Positions 1 through 12,426 of a stretch of DNA of 64,000 nucleotides are shown in pieces (positions within the stretch are counted from its first letter, which is position 1; every line of letters begins with the position of its first letter). Origin of the DNA: the human T2T-CHM13v2.0 reference genome, Homo sapiens; NCBI RefSeq assembly GCF_009914755.1, contig NC_060940.1. One strand, 5' to 3'. The translations under genes and the position numbers were made by a program. The notes beneath the pieces are model-generated. The model saw only the letters and a program-made list of their open reading frames with translations. It did no database searches and was not told the DNA's origin.

Positions 1-22
1 CTTGGATGTGAATTTAAGTGAC

Positions 23-170
23 CACGCGGGGCCGACGTCCCGGGGCGCACCCCGACTCTCACGCGGGGCCGGCGTCCCGGGGCGCAACCCGACTCTCACG
101 CGGGGCCGGCGTCCCGGGGCGCACCCCGACTCTCACGTGGGGCCAGTGCCCTGGGGTGCACCCTGACTCT
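23..170. repeat. 37-bp minisatellite, 4 copies
   Basis: Unit cacgcggggccggcgtcccggggcgcaccccgactct at 23, 60, 97 and 134. Confidence 0.9.
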
Positions 171-823
171 CAGCCAGTCCTGGGGTGGGCGCCTGCTCAG
201 AGACACCTGTGGGATGTGGGTCTCACTCCCGAGTAGCGGTGGGACGAGCTCTCGGCACCTGCTCCTCCCACGGGGCCTCCTGGGCTGGAGCCCGCACAGC
301 ACAGCAGCATCCACATCCCTGCTGTGACACCTGTGTGGGCAGTCGGCATGTCGGCGTGGACTCCCAGGCTGCAGAATCAGGTGTTCCCCTCACCACACAG
401 TCTCGGGGGACAGTCTGTTTTCACTCGCGGCTTTTCCAGACCCTCCCCTGACACTCGGCAGTCGGCGTTTCCAGGTGTGCTCAGTGTGGCCAACAGGCAC
501 GATCCACCCCACGTGGAGGGTGGTGTGTCCAGGGGCTATGTGAGCTCACACACTCACAGGGAAGGAACGTGGGGGTTGGCACACCTGAGAAGTAGGCGGG
601 AATCACCCCACATGCCCGCGGCAGGGGGCAGGGCAGCCCTGTGGCCTCTGCTTCATCTCTGTCAGGACCTATGGTGGACACACACAGCTCCTGCCCCACC
701 TTCATCACTGCTGAGCCCCCCTGGGAAAGCTCATATCTCCAGCGCTCGCGTGAGGACAGCAGTGCCGGCAGCACCAGGGCACAGGCCCCACAGACAAGGG
801 GCCCGGAGGCCGCTGGGGGCATT

Positions 824-930
824 CCACCCACAGACCCGCTCTGGACAGTGTGCGTCCTCGGGGGCAGGGAGGGCGTCCCACCCACAGACCCGCTCTGGAC
901 AGTGTGCGCCCTCAGAGGCAGGGAGGGCGT
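824..930. repeat. Tandem duplication of about 54 bp
   Basis: ccacccacagacccgctctggacagtgtgcg...ggcagggagggcgt occurs twice. Confidence 0.8.
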
Positions 931-1311
931 CTGGACCGCAGTCTCATGTGGGTCACTCTCGGGGGCCTCGGGCAGCAGCAACTGAAGGAGGCAGTGATGA
1001 CCTCAGGCCCACGTCCTGGAGGTCTTGGGGAGAAAGACAGGAAGTGTTTTCCTAGAAACACTGGTGTGCAGAGAGGACTGGGTTTCAGCTACATCATGTG
1101 GCAGGGCCGCCCTGGGAGGAGCCTCACGGAGACCCACAGACAGAACGTGGGGGTGAGGGTGAAGCAGCCAGCATCCACAATGGGCTCCCCACCCCACAGC
1201 TCCGCCCCGGGACCCCCTTCCTCCGAGGCAGTCAGGCTCCTGCCCCCGGCACCATCCTTCCGGCCTCGGTCAAGACTGCCCGGACACCACCTCCAGGGCC
1301 TTGCTGGACAG

Positions 1312-1590
1312 GACATCCACACTGGCCCCAGCCTGTCGGCCCCCAGCACAACATCTGCACCGGCCCTGGCCCGTCGGCTTAGCCCCCAACACGACATCCA
1401 CAATGGCCCCAGCCTGTCGGCTCCCAACAGGACATCCACACCAGCCCTGGCCCGTCAGCTGGGCCCCCAACAAGACATTCACACTGGCCCTAGTCCGTCG
1501 TCCCCCAACATGACATCCACACTGGCCCTGGCCCGTTGGCTCGGCCCCCGACACGACATCCACACCGGCCCCAGCCCGTCAGCCCCCACA
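1312..1590. repeat. 40-bp minisatellite, about 7 diverged copies
   Basis: Unit like gacatccacactggccccagcctgtcggcccccaacac. Confidence 0.85.
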
Positions 1591-1759
1591 GCACGCACTG
1601 CATGTCCACATTCCCCTCTCTACACACCACACCCCAAGCGCTGGCTCCACACGGACGCAGGAAAGCATCAGGACCGGAAAGCACAGGAAAACGTGCTTGC
1701 CAGGCAGGCGGGCTGGAGAGCTGAGCAGAGACACAGAGCCTCGGAGGAAGGCCAGGCCC

Positions 1760-2260
1760 ACTCCAGAGCAAGAACTAAAATCTCCAGAGCACAAATGCCC
1801 CTGGCTGAGCTCAGCAGCAGAGTGAAGAACGAAAGAAAAGGCAGTGAACACGAAGACATAGCAGCCACAGTGACTCATTCTAGAGATGAGAGGCTTTTAG
1901 AAAACACCACACAGAAGCACAGGGCCAAGGAGCTCGTGGAAGGCAGGGAGAGGCCTGATGTCCATGTCCGTGGAGCCACAGGAGAGGAGAAAGAACATGG
2001 GGCAACCCCCCCAAATATTGGCAAAAATTATCCAAATTTGGTAAAAAGTAGGCATATCATAGTCAAGAAACTGGCAACGGAAGATAAAATCCCCAAAGCC
2101 ATCAGAGAAACATAACACGTTACACTGGAACGTCAGGAATGACAGTCGACTTCCCGTCCAAAACGAGGGACAGATGGAGAGAGGGAGCCAGGCGCGGATC
2201 CTTCCCCAGGGGCCCCTGCATGCCCAGAGCAAGCATCTGCAGGCATCTCCAGCAGCAAAG
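1760..2260 (+). mobile_element. Ancient LINE-1 ORF1 fragment
   Basis: Translation ..SEHEDIA..PDVHVRGATGEEKEHGA..NYPNLVKSRHIIVKKLATEDKIPKAIRE resembles L1 ORF1p (SELED..NIRVIGVPEGEEKENG..NFPNL..RHIIVKL..KEKILKAARE). Confidence 0.7.
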
Positions 2261-3844
2261 GACACCGCTGTTCTCCCCGGGGAGCTTCAGTGTCATCAGA
2301 GCCTGAAGGAGGAAGCAACTCGGCACCACGTGGCCCAGAGCAGGCTCGTGAGCTGGCCTCGGTCAGCAGGTCGCCTGGGTCTCTGTCTCAGTGCTCAGCA
2401 GGGCGAGGACAGGACAGAACGGGCCCCATCACAGACTGCGCTTAGAAGGAACTCAGTAAAACAAAGACCATTTTCTTCTGGAGGCAACTCAAGGAGGTAA
2501 GACTGTGAGTCAAGCGCCTTGGAGGATAAGAAGTCCAGGTAAGTAGAAGGCAGGAGGAAGCTTCCCTAATATCACCTGCAAATCTGCTTCCACTGGGGCA
2601 TTCTGTTCCCCTTTTCAGACAGCGCAGAGCCCTCCTGCGGTGAACAGTCGCCATAGCCCTTCTTGAGGGGCTGCTGGGTCCAAGACCTCCTGGGTGGGCA
2701 CACGGACCTGCGCTCCCTGCAGAGACGTGGACAAGGCAGGCCCTGTGGAAAGTTCACCCGCCAGCCAGGCACCGGCACAAAGCCAAACCCCCCGGCGGAG
2801 TGTGTGGGGGCAGGGACAAAACGCTCCACGCGTTCTCACAGGGACTCGCCCTTAGAACAAGACAGCTGTATCTCTGTACAAATGCGGGCGGTGACGAGTG
2901 GGGATGACGGGACTTTCTGGGGTGACGGCCACTCCCTATACCTTGATGGGGCTCGTGCAAGTTCTTTATGGAGGGAAAGACGCAGTGTGCGGTGAGTTCC
3001 AGCTAATGATGTGGGAAGCATTGACACCAGCCCCACCCTGATGTGCGCTGAAGCACCGACGCAGGGACGGGGGACACGGGCGAGGAGACCCACTACGTAA
3101 CAACGCAGCAAACCCCGTGAACAGAACCTACGGCATCCAGGCGGTCCCCGTGCGGGTTTTACTATACAATTCTTAGGAGAAAAACAAAGGTTAAAAGGTT
3201 TGAAATGTAAAAAAGATTGACTACATAGAAAATTTAAAAACAAAACATAAGTAAGAGAATCTACAGAAATAGGCTTAGCCGCTGAGAGGTGTTAGCAAGG
3301 TCTGGGCGGAACATTAAAAATCCTGTGAGTGGGCCTGGAAACCAGCGTTCCCCCACAGCTGAGGAGTAAGGGGAGAGAAGCAGCTGTTTATCCCAGATGA
3401 GGTCCAGAGAGACGCATTCCAAGCAGCCAACACGGGACAGAGGCGATGAGGGAGGGCGGCCTGGACAGAAAACTTCCAGGCAGATCGGGGCACCCTGTCT
3501 CGCAGGCCCAGCCATGCTCCTTGGCAGCAACCACCCAGGGGCTTTCTCACAGGCAGACCAGGGCAGCCTCTGGTCCCTGCACAATCTCGCCTCCGATGCA
3601 AGGTGGGAGAAGGCAGCCACCTCCCGAGGGGGGCCACAGAGGGGGTTCTGATCCAGCTGTGAGCTCTCACCCCCAGCCCACAGCGACTGGTAGCCAGGTA
3701 GGCAGAATGGCAGGCAGAGCGGCCACTGGGGAACTGATCCAGCAGGACCTGAAGCAGGGAGACAGCACACGGGCGTCCACCTAACGTGGCCAGCCCTTGT
3801 GTGGACAAACAGCTGAGAAAAGGCATTACTAACATGGACGTGAA

Positions 3845-4425
3845 GAAAGTCGCCTCGGTTTTTGGGTGTGATGTGGTGTTGGTGTCGTGTTGTTGCGAAG
3901 GCCCTGTCTGAAAGTTGCCTCGGTTTTCTGGTGTGATGTGGTGTTGGTGCGTGTTGTTGCGAAGGCCCTGTGTGCAAGTCGCCTGGGTTTTCGGGTGTGA
4001 TGTGGTATTGGTGTCGTGTTGTTGCGAAGGCCCTGTGTGAAAGTCGCCTGGGTTTTCGGGTGTGATGTGGTGTTGGTGTCGTGTTGTTGCGAAGGCCCTG
4101 TGTGAAAGTCGCCTGGGTTTTCGGGTGTGATGTGGTGTTGGCGTCGTGTTGTTGCGAAGCCCCTGTGTGAAAGTCGCCTCGGTTTTCGGGTGTGATGTGG
4201 TGTTGGTGTCGTGTTGTTGCGAAGGCCCTGTGTGAAGGTCGCCTGGGTTTTCGGGTGTGATGTGGTGTTGGTGTCGTGTTGTTGCGAAGGCCCTGTGTGA
4301 AGGTCGCCTGGGTTTTCGGGTGTGATGTGGTGTTGGTGTCGTGTTGTTGCGAAGGCCCTGTGTGAAAGTCGCCTGGGTTTTCGGGTGTGATGTGGTGTTG
4401 GCGTCGTGTTGTTGCAAAGGCCTGT
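3845..4425. repeat. 65-bp VNTR, about 9 copies
   Basis: Unit gaaagtcgcctgggttttcgggtgtgatgtggtgttggtgtcgtgttgttgcgaaggccctgtgt. Confidence 0.93.
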
Positions 4426-4747
4426 CTTCAGGTGTACGAGGAGGCATTTCCAAATGCAGAAATGTGATGCCTGGGATCTGCGTCATGGCAAAACAGCAGG
4501 GGCAAGGAGTGTGGGGCGGATGTGGCAGCTGCTAACACTGGCACGGTGCACTGTGGCCTACGAGGGTCCCCAGCTGTCCACAGTTCATTCCTCCCCATTG
4601 CGTGGCTTCCTGAACAGCCATGTATTTCCTAACTCTGCCGGCTGAGGGGCTGAGAAGCTGCAGCACCCCAGTAGTAACGGGCACCCCAGCACCCACGTCT
4701 TGGTCTCTAAACACCTTCCCCACTAAAGCATCAGGCTTCTCAGGGAA

Positions 4748-4853
4748 GCCAATAGTCCCGGCTACTCAGGAGGCTGAGGTGGCAGCACAGCTTGAGCCCA
4801 GTAGGTTGAGACTAGCCTGAGCAACAGAGCAAGATCCCAGCTCTAAAAAAGAG
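4748..4853 (+). mobile_element. Old Alu monomer fragment
   Basis: tagtcccggctactcaggaggctgaggtgg...cttgagccca...agcctgagcaacagagcaaga followed by an A tail. Confidence 0.75.
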
Positions 4854-5099
4854 AAATCCTCCCTAAGAGCACTGCTTTAGAAGGACGTGGAGGAGGGGCT
4901 GTGGACTCTGAGCCTTACCCTCAATACAATGAGGTCACCTGCTCCTGGGAACCATCTTAGGATCCCTGGAATGGGCAGAGGGACAAACTCATCAGTGGCC
5001 CCCAATCTGGCAGAGTTAACCTGCCCCACAATCTCCAAATCCAGAGGCCTACAAAGCATCTGCTCCAAGCAGTAACAATGAGGTCCTGAGCGGAAATCT

Positions 5100-6700
5100 T
5101 CACAAAGTGGAGAGAAAAAACTGATGGATTGTCCAATGTGTTTGATTCTGTAAAAACAACAGTATTGGAAAGGGTTGACCAGTTGTGCTGGTAAAGTTGG
5201 AACAAATGAGTGAGATATGATCAGAGATGAAAAACGAAGCCAATCAAAATAGAAAAGGCAACTATGAACTCCAGGAAAAATGAAGAGTTATTAGAAAAAA
5301 AGTTACTATAGTTCACTATTTGGCTCAGCAGTCACAATAATTACAGAGTCAAAATAATGTAAAGACAATCAAACTAATAAAAATTATACTTGTGACACAG
5401 CTATACTGATGATGATGAGAAGAACATTAGGGTGTGTGAGGGCAATCCCTGTCGTTCATAAGAGGACATGTATACACAGTGTCTAACCGTGGTATGCGAA
5501 GAATAACCCATATAAACCTATCAGTCAGAAAGACAGACAAATACCAGAGTTAAGTGCAGGAAGTGATAAAAGGGTTGTCTGGAGAACAGCATGTGGCTGA
5601 GAAGTGGTACGGCAAGGGCTTCTGTTTTTATTATAAGTCGTGTAATACAATTTGACTATTCATGCACATGCCCAATTTTTTTTAATAATTAAAAGAACAA
5701 TCTTCAGGCCACACTGGCCACAGTGTAATAAAATCAAAGTTGAGAAACAAAAGGCCACCTGTAAAACCCTGAGCATGTGGCATTTTCGAAGCATTTCTCC
5801 AGGCTGTCCTTGGTCTAGAGGCATTAGCGCTGAAGGTTATAAAACCACACCATCGGCCACTGTCAGGGGCAGCCGGGGGTCTCAGATGACAGGGTAGGGC
5901 AGGGACATAGCCAGAAGTGGGTAGCCGCCCTCCAGTTGGCTTTCATTAGCAGAGAAGAAGAGACAGAAAATAGCTGAACCAACTCCAGGCACTGGAAATG
6001 ATAAACCACTTTCTCCCAGAAAAAGCAAGCAACTACAAGAGGCAAAAACGAATGAGCTAGAGTATATTTTAAAATTCTGATAGATAAAACCAGCTCTTTG
6101 AAAAGACCCATAAAGGGGATGATCTATGGCGGTTTAGGCAAGGGAGAGTGAGGAAAAGGAGGAAACAAGTATTGAGGCCCAGGCGGGAGAACGGATGCAG
6201 ACCTGCTAGGGGGTGGCAAGGCCACCGCACAGACTGTGCCCTCCAGCCGGCAGCGGGGGGTGGAGGGGAGGAGCGGGTGCAGTCAGACCCCCGTCCGCAG
6301 AGTGCTGGGTGCGAGTCCCCAAATGCCTGCTGGGCTGAGCTGCCCCCTGCGGAATGGGTGGTGACGAAACCGCCCTCTTCAGCCACACAGGAAGCCCCTT
6401 GCTCACTGTCACTGTCACTAATCCACTAGGAATGAAGAGCAGATGCCACCAAACATCCTGCATCCATACAGTTAAAAACAATTAAAAAGCCACGTTGAAG
6501 ATTCTAGATTAAAGCCACTCAAGTGGATTCAGCACTGGAAGTATGAATCACAGCAACAAAACACTTCTTCAGTAGTTTAGAATTCTGCATAGTAAAGAGA
6601 ATTTTTTAAAACAGAAATGGCTAACAACGTGATGGGAGAAATTCAAAACCAACAAAATGTTAATGATCGTGTGAATGAGACAAAATGGCCTTTAAAATCT
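5100..6700 (+). mobile_element. Degraded old L1 (L1M-type) fragments
   Basis: A-rich plus strand with patches resembling L1 ORF2 (for example 5700-5830 and 5940-6140). Boundaries and subfamily uncertain. Confidence 0.45.
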
Positions 6701-6707
6701 ATTTTCT

Positions 6708-7010
6708 GGGAGGGCGTGGTGGCTCATGCCTGTAATCCCCTAAAGCACTTTGGGAGGTCAAGAGAGGAGGACAGTTTGAGCCTAGGAGTTCAAGACCAGC
6801 CTGGACAACATAGCAAGACCCTGTCACTATAAAAAAGAAAATAAAAAAATTAATCGGGTGTGGTGGTTCATGCCTGTGGTCCTAGCTACTTGGGAGGCTG
6901 AGGTGGGAGGATCACTTGAGTCTGCGGAGGTCGAGGCTGCAATGAGCCGTGATTGTGCCAGTGCAGTCCAGCTTGGACAAATGAGCAAGGCCCTGTCTCT
7001 GAAGAAAAAC
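6708..7010 (+). mobile_element. Alu (AluJ-like)
   Basis: Diverged dimer with J-type features (ttgagcctaggagttc, gaggtcgaggctgca). Confidence 0.9.
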
Positions 7011-7144
7011 TATATATATATGCTTTTCTTCTAGGTTCAACTTAGTAATTTTCACCAGATATTAGTAAGTGAAAAAAAGGGAATGAAAGAAATGTATCTA
7101 ATATGGCCCTGTTTGAGTAAGGCAAACATTTACCCCTAAATCCT

Positions 7145-7780
7145 GTATGTGCATCTGCATGTGTGTCTGTGTGCATGTGCACGTGTTTGCATATGATCTG
7201 CATATGTGTCTGTGTGTGCACGTGTGCACGTTTGCATATGATCTGCATACGTGTCTGTATGCATGCGTGCATGTGTGCTTGCATATGGTCTGCATACCTG
7301 TGTGCGCATGTGTGCACACGTTTGCATATAATCTGCATAGGTGGGTCTGTATGCCCATGTGTGCACGTTTGCATATGATCTGAATATGTCTGTGTGTGCA
7401 TGCGTGCACCTGTGTTTGCATATGTGCATACGTGTGTGCACACATTTGCATATGATCTGCATACGTGGGTCTGTGTGCGCGTGTGCACGTTTGCATATGA
7501 TCTGCATACGTATGTCTGTGTGTGCATGCATGCACCTGTTTGCATATGATCTGCATACGTGTCTGTGTGCATGTATGTGCGTGTTTGCATAAGATCTGCA
7601 GGTCTGTGCGCATGTGTGCACGTGCTTGCATATGATCTGCATTGTGTCATGTGTGTAGTTTGCGTATGATCTGCATATGCATCTGTGTATGTCCATGTGT
7701 GCTCGTGTGTTTGCACAGGATCTGCATACGTGTGTCTGTGTGTGCGCATGTGCGCACGTGTGTTTGCACGTCTGTGTTTG
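7145..7780. repeat. TG/CA-rich minisatellite with core gtttgcatatgatctgcata
   Basis: About 13 irregular units of 40-50 bp of alternating purine/pyrimidine sequence. Confidence 0.88.
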
Positions 7781-10700
7781 GGTACAAATCTGAGTTGGCG
7801 TGAAGATAAGAATGGACAGAACCGGGAGGTTAACACGGGGTGGATGTAAATTAGATGAAAAAAGACTACCCTCAAAACAAGCGCCACCAAAGAAGACTAC
7901 CCTAAAAACAAGCGCCACCAAAGCTGCGCACGCACATGTGTGAAGAAGGTGGAACCCGGCACCACGGCCCACACCCTAAGGGGTCCCGGCATCCACCCAG
8001 AGGCTTCCTCTCCTCCTTCACTGTGCTGGCTGCATGCAGGACCCAAGGGACCCTGCAGGTCACAGCCAGGATGTCAGCTGCTCCCCGGGTCCCCATTTGC
8101 CACCTCTCCTCTCTGTGAGTCCTCCCCTTCTAGCCATAGGAGTCCTCCCTGGACAGCACCCCGGGCCTATGCTGGGGTCCCTGTGGCCCAAGAAGACAGC
8201 CTGGCAAGTAGTGACAGAGAAGCCACCAGGCGAGAACACCACTCCTGGAGCCAAGAAACACCCCGAGACCCCAGTGGAGAGCACTGGAGGGTCCAGAAGG
8301 GCCACTGCACCCAGGCGGAGACTCAGGCCCAGAGGCCTCCAGAGATGGAGCCGAGTCTGAGGGCAGCCTCTCCTTCTCTCATGGCCAACCAAGGGCCGCT
8401 CATGGTGAGGAAGTGGCAGAAGCCGCTCAAGAGCCCTTTCTCACCTTGGAAATGGCCCGTGGAGATGGCTCACAGCTAGCCCATGTCACGTGGCGGGCTC
8501 TAAAAGTCACCCAAGTGGGCTTCCCTGTCCTTCCTATGAAGAACACGACCAGACACTGAGACCAGAGACACGCAGGACCACAGTCATTCACGCCCCAGGT
8601 GACAGGGAAGGGCTCTGCCTCCCGGTTTGAGGGAACCCTCTGGAACCACGCTCTACAGGATGCTTCTCCCCCAGGGAGGGGCCGTGCAATTAAATCAACA
8701 CAGGAATGCAAGAGAAAGGACCCAGAGAGGAGCTGGCTCGGCCTACCGGTTGCAGCCCGGCAGCTGAGCGAGCTCACGGCAGAGGCCGTGGAGGCTGCCT
8801 CTGATTAGGGAATAATTTAATTAAAAGAAACTGCATCCCTGACCCTGGGAGCTGGGAAGGGGAGGGAAGGGCCATCAGCTAAAGCAGGGACAGGAGGGCG
8901 GGGACTGGGGCTGCTTGGTGGAGCCTGGTGCAGCCCAGGCGGAGCTCACCCGGCGATCGCTTCCCGCAGGCAGGCTCTGCTCCAGCACTAATAGGGCTTA
9001 ATAAAAACTTCCAGTTGGGCCAGTGAACCCCTCATTAAGCTGTTTTTAAAGCACGAATTTAAGAGCCGCAAGGGTGAAGGGTCACAGGGAGCATTTAATT
9101 CACAATGGCTGGCGGGAGGTGCTGCCGCAATGGAAAACACCCTAGCCCAGTGTCTGGGGCCCCGCACACGCACGGCGACACTTGGCCTGTGCGGGGACAG
9201 CCTAGAAGGCAGACCTGAGAGGTGGGGAAGTTTCCCGCTTGGCAAGAGCACAGCAGCAAAACCCAGGAGGGGCCTGGTACGCTTGGAAAGCCTCCGAATG
9301 TAGCGACAAATAACCGAATTCCAGCACAACCTGCAACGAAACCTGGGCCGCGGCCCCACACAGGCACCCAACGCTGGGACAGCCTGGCCGTCCTGCCTCC
9401 GTGGCTCACACAGGAGCGCCCGTTGCTGCTGAGATTCATTCCTCGCACCCGCTACGTGGATGGGCCCCCACAGTCTCCACGTGTTTTCAGCATAACCACA
9501 GTCCAATCCCAGTGAGACCCAGGCCACCTGTGTGTTGGCGCTGACACCTGGCCCAGCATGGAGGAAGGCCCCAGACCAGCTGGCATTGGCCTTCCAGAAG
9601 ATGAGGATAAACCAATCATTCATCAGTGGAAGATGAGGATAAACCAACCATTCATCAACCAAGTTTCTTACTCCAAGGACCCCAAATTCCCTCAGGCCCT
9701 GGCCTGTCCAACTCTCCCCTGGATGGGACTGTAGTAAGAAACAGAACCCACTTCCTACAAAGGAATATCCTGGGAAGGTGGAGACTTCCAGAACCCTTCC
9801 CTGGGTCCTGGGACCCTCACTCCTCTGTATGCCCCCAGCTGACACCCTCACTTCACTGCCCTGAGGGAGCAGGGGGGCAAAGGCCTCCAGCCCCTCCCCA
9901 CAGGCAGTCACCATCAACAGCCCGGTTCCCTGCACGAGCCCATCCCCACGCCCCCACGAGCCCCTCCCCACATCCCCACGGGCCCACCCCACACCCCCAC
10001 GGGCCCATCCCCACGCCCCCACGGGCCCATCCCTACACCCCCATGGGGGCCCAGTGGTGCAAGATGGGGGTAGGATCGCCTGGAGGTAGACACCCGTACA
10101 CACCCAAGTCCATCAGGCTAAAATCACAAAGAAATTACAAAACGATTTTGGGGGCCTAAAACACTCCAAAGGCCTTGGGAACCTGTTGGTCTTCCTCTGG
10201 GACTCTATCTGGGCACAAAGACCTGGCAAAGTGGCCCAGGAGCTGAGCCAGAGGAAGCCCTGCCCTGGCACCTGTGCACTCTGCCCCCTACTCACACAAG
10301 GCTGCCCCTGGTTCCAGAACCCCTCACCACGAGTGTCTCCTTCCCCTGGTCACATCTCAGCGGCCAGTGGGGTCACAATGCTGTCCCATCCCGCGCCTGA
10401 AAAGCCCAGCCATCCCTCCCAGCTGCCCCAGGCCTGGGAGGGGCCAGAAAGCGTCTCCAGAAGCACTGGGGACCGGCCCTGGTCTCAGTCCCAGAACAAT
10501 GGCTGTGGCCTTTGCTGTTTCAACCTCACCAAACTCTGCAGACGGGAGCCCCTTCCCAGAGCCCGCTCTCCATACAGAACCAGGTGCTAGGCATGGCGCC
10601 CCATGGGGGACGGGGACCACGCTGGAGGACAGGGTCCACACTCAGGGGATGGGGCCAAACTGGGGGTCAGGCCCACACTTGGGGGACGGTGCATTGTCGG

Positions 10701-11100
10701 GAGGGTGCCGGCAAAGGCGGTCTGGTCCTGGAGGGAAAGCAGGCAGCCCCACGGAGCCCTGCCACCCGCTGCTGCGGGTCCTCTCGGGTTCCCGCATCCT
10801 TTCCAATGCGCAAGGGCGGCTGGAAGCTCGAGACACTCCCAGATCCAGGCTCACTGAATATCAAAAGGTGCACTCGCTGCAGGGCGGCAGGAAGCGGCCA
10901 CATTCGGGGCTGCGGAATTCATTACCGTCAGGCTCCTTCTTTGAAGTGAATGTTACCAAACTCAGCAGCCCTCAAAGCTCAGCTCTATCTAAACTCCAGC
11001 AGAAACACAGACGGCAGAATGGGGTTTAACAAATATTGTGGTTTTCCTGCGTCCTGGAAAGCGCGGCCCTGACGAACGCAGCTTCATCCTGCTCAGCAGT

Positions 11101-11511
11101 CACGTCCGTCTGTGAACGGGGGCGCACGGCCCTGGGACACAGAGCCCAGGACAGCAGTGGTCGTGTACGTGTGAACGGGGGCACAGGGCCCTGGGACACA
11201 GAGCCCAGGACAGCAGCAGTCGCGTCTGTCTGAACGGGGGCGCAGGACCCTGGGACACAGAGCCCAGGACAGCAGTGGTCGCGTCCGTGTGAACGGGGGC
11301 ACAGGGCCCTGGGACAGAGCCCAGGACAGCAGTGGTCGCGTCCGTCTGAACAGGGGCGCAGGACCCTGGGACACAGAGCCCAGGACAGCAGCGGTCGTGT
11401 TCGTCTGAACAGGGGTGCAGGGCCCTGGGACACAGAGCCCAGGACAGCAGCAGTCGCGTCCGTCTGAACAGGGGCGCAGGACCCTGGGACACAGAGCCCA
11501 GGACAGCAGCA
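11101..11511. repeat. About 60-bp VNTR, about 7 copies
   Basis: Unit gtccgtctgaacaggggcgcaggaccctgggacacagagcccaggacagcagtggtcgc. Confidence 0.92.
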
Positions 11512-11566
11512 GGCGAGCTCACTGGAGGGGCTCTTACAACAGTAGAGAGATGTGAACGGAGACCCA

Positions 11567-11771
11567 AAGACCAGCCTGGGCAGCACAGTGGGACCCCATC
11601 TCCACAAAAAGTTAAAAATTAGCTGGCCATGACAGTGCGCCTGTAGTCCCAGCTAATCGGGAGGCTGAGGCGGGAGGATCGCCTGAGCCCGGGAGGTCAA
11701 GGAGCTGAGATTGCACCACTGCACTCCAGCCTGGGTGACAGAGCAAGACTCTGCCTTGAAAAGAAAAGAAA
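11567..11771 (+). mobile_element. 5'-truncated Alu (AluJ-like)
   Basis: End of the left arm, A-rich linker, right arm and tail. Confidence 0.85.
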
Positions 11772-11904
11772 CGTAAACATTCTGTGGATGGTGTGGTCAT
11801 CCTGAGAAAAAGGAAGACACTAGCGACGGGGGCTGTGCGGACTTCCCGGCCAGCGGCCGTTTCACTAAGAGCAGCCGTGTGTATTTTCAGGCGGGTCCCG
11901 CTCA

Positions 11905-12426
<522 letters not shown>

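Noticed and set aside
3261-4486. 390- and 238-aa minus-strand ORFs
   Set aside because: Largely the 65-bp VNTR; no recognisable domain.
7042-7972. His/Cys-rich ORFs suggesting zinc fingers (also at 35663-37146, 44090-44455 and 58266-59202)
   Set aside because: Translation of TG/CA-rich repeats; no C2H2 spacing or linkers.
8988-10103. 371-aa minus-strand ORF
   Set aside because: No homology recognised, low-complexity G-rich start, no convincing exon boundaries.
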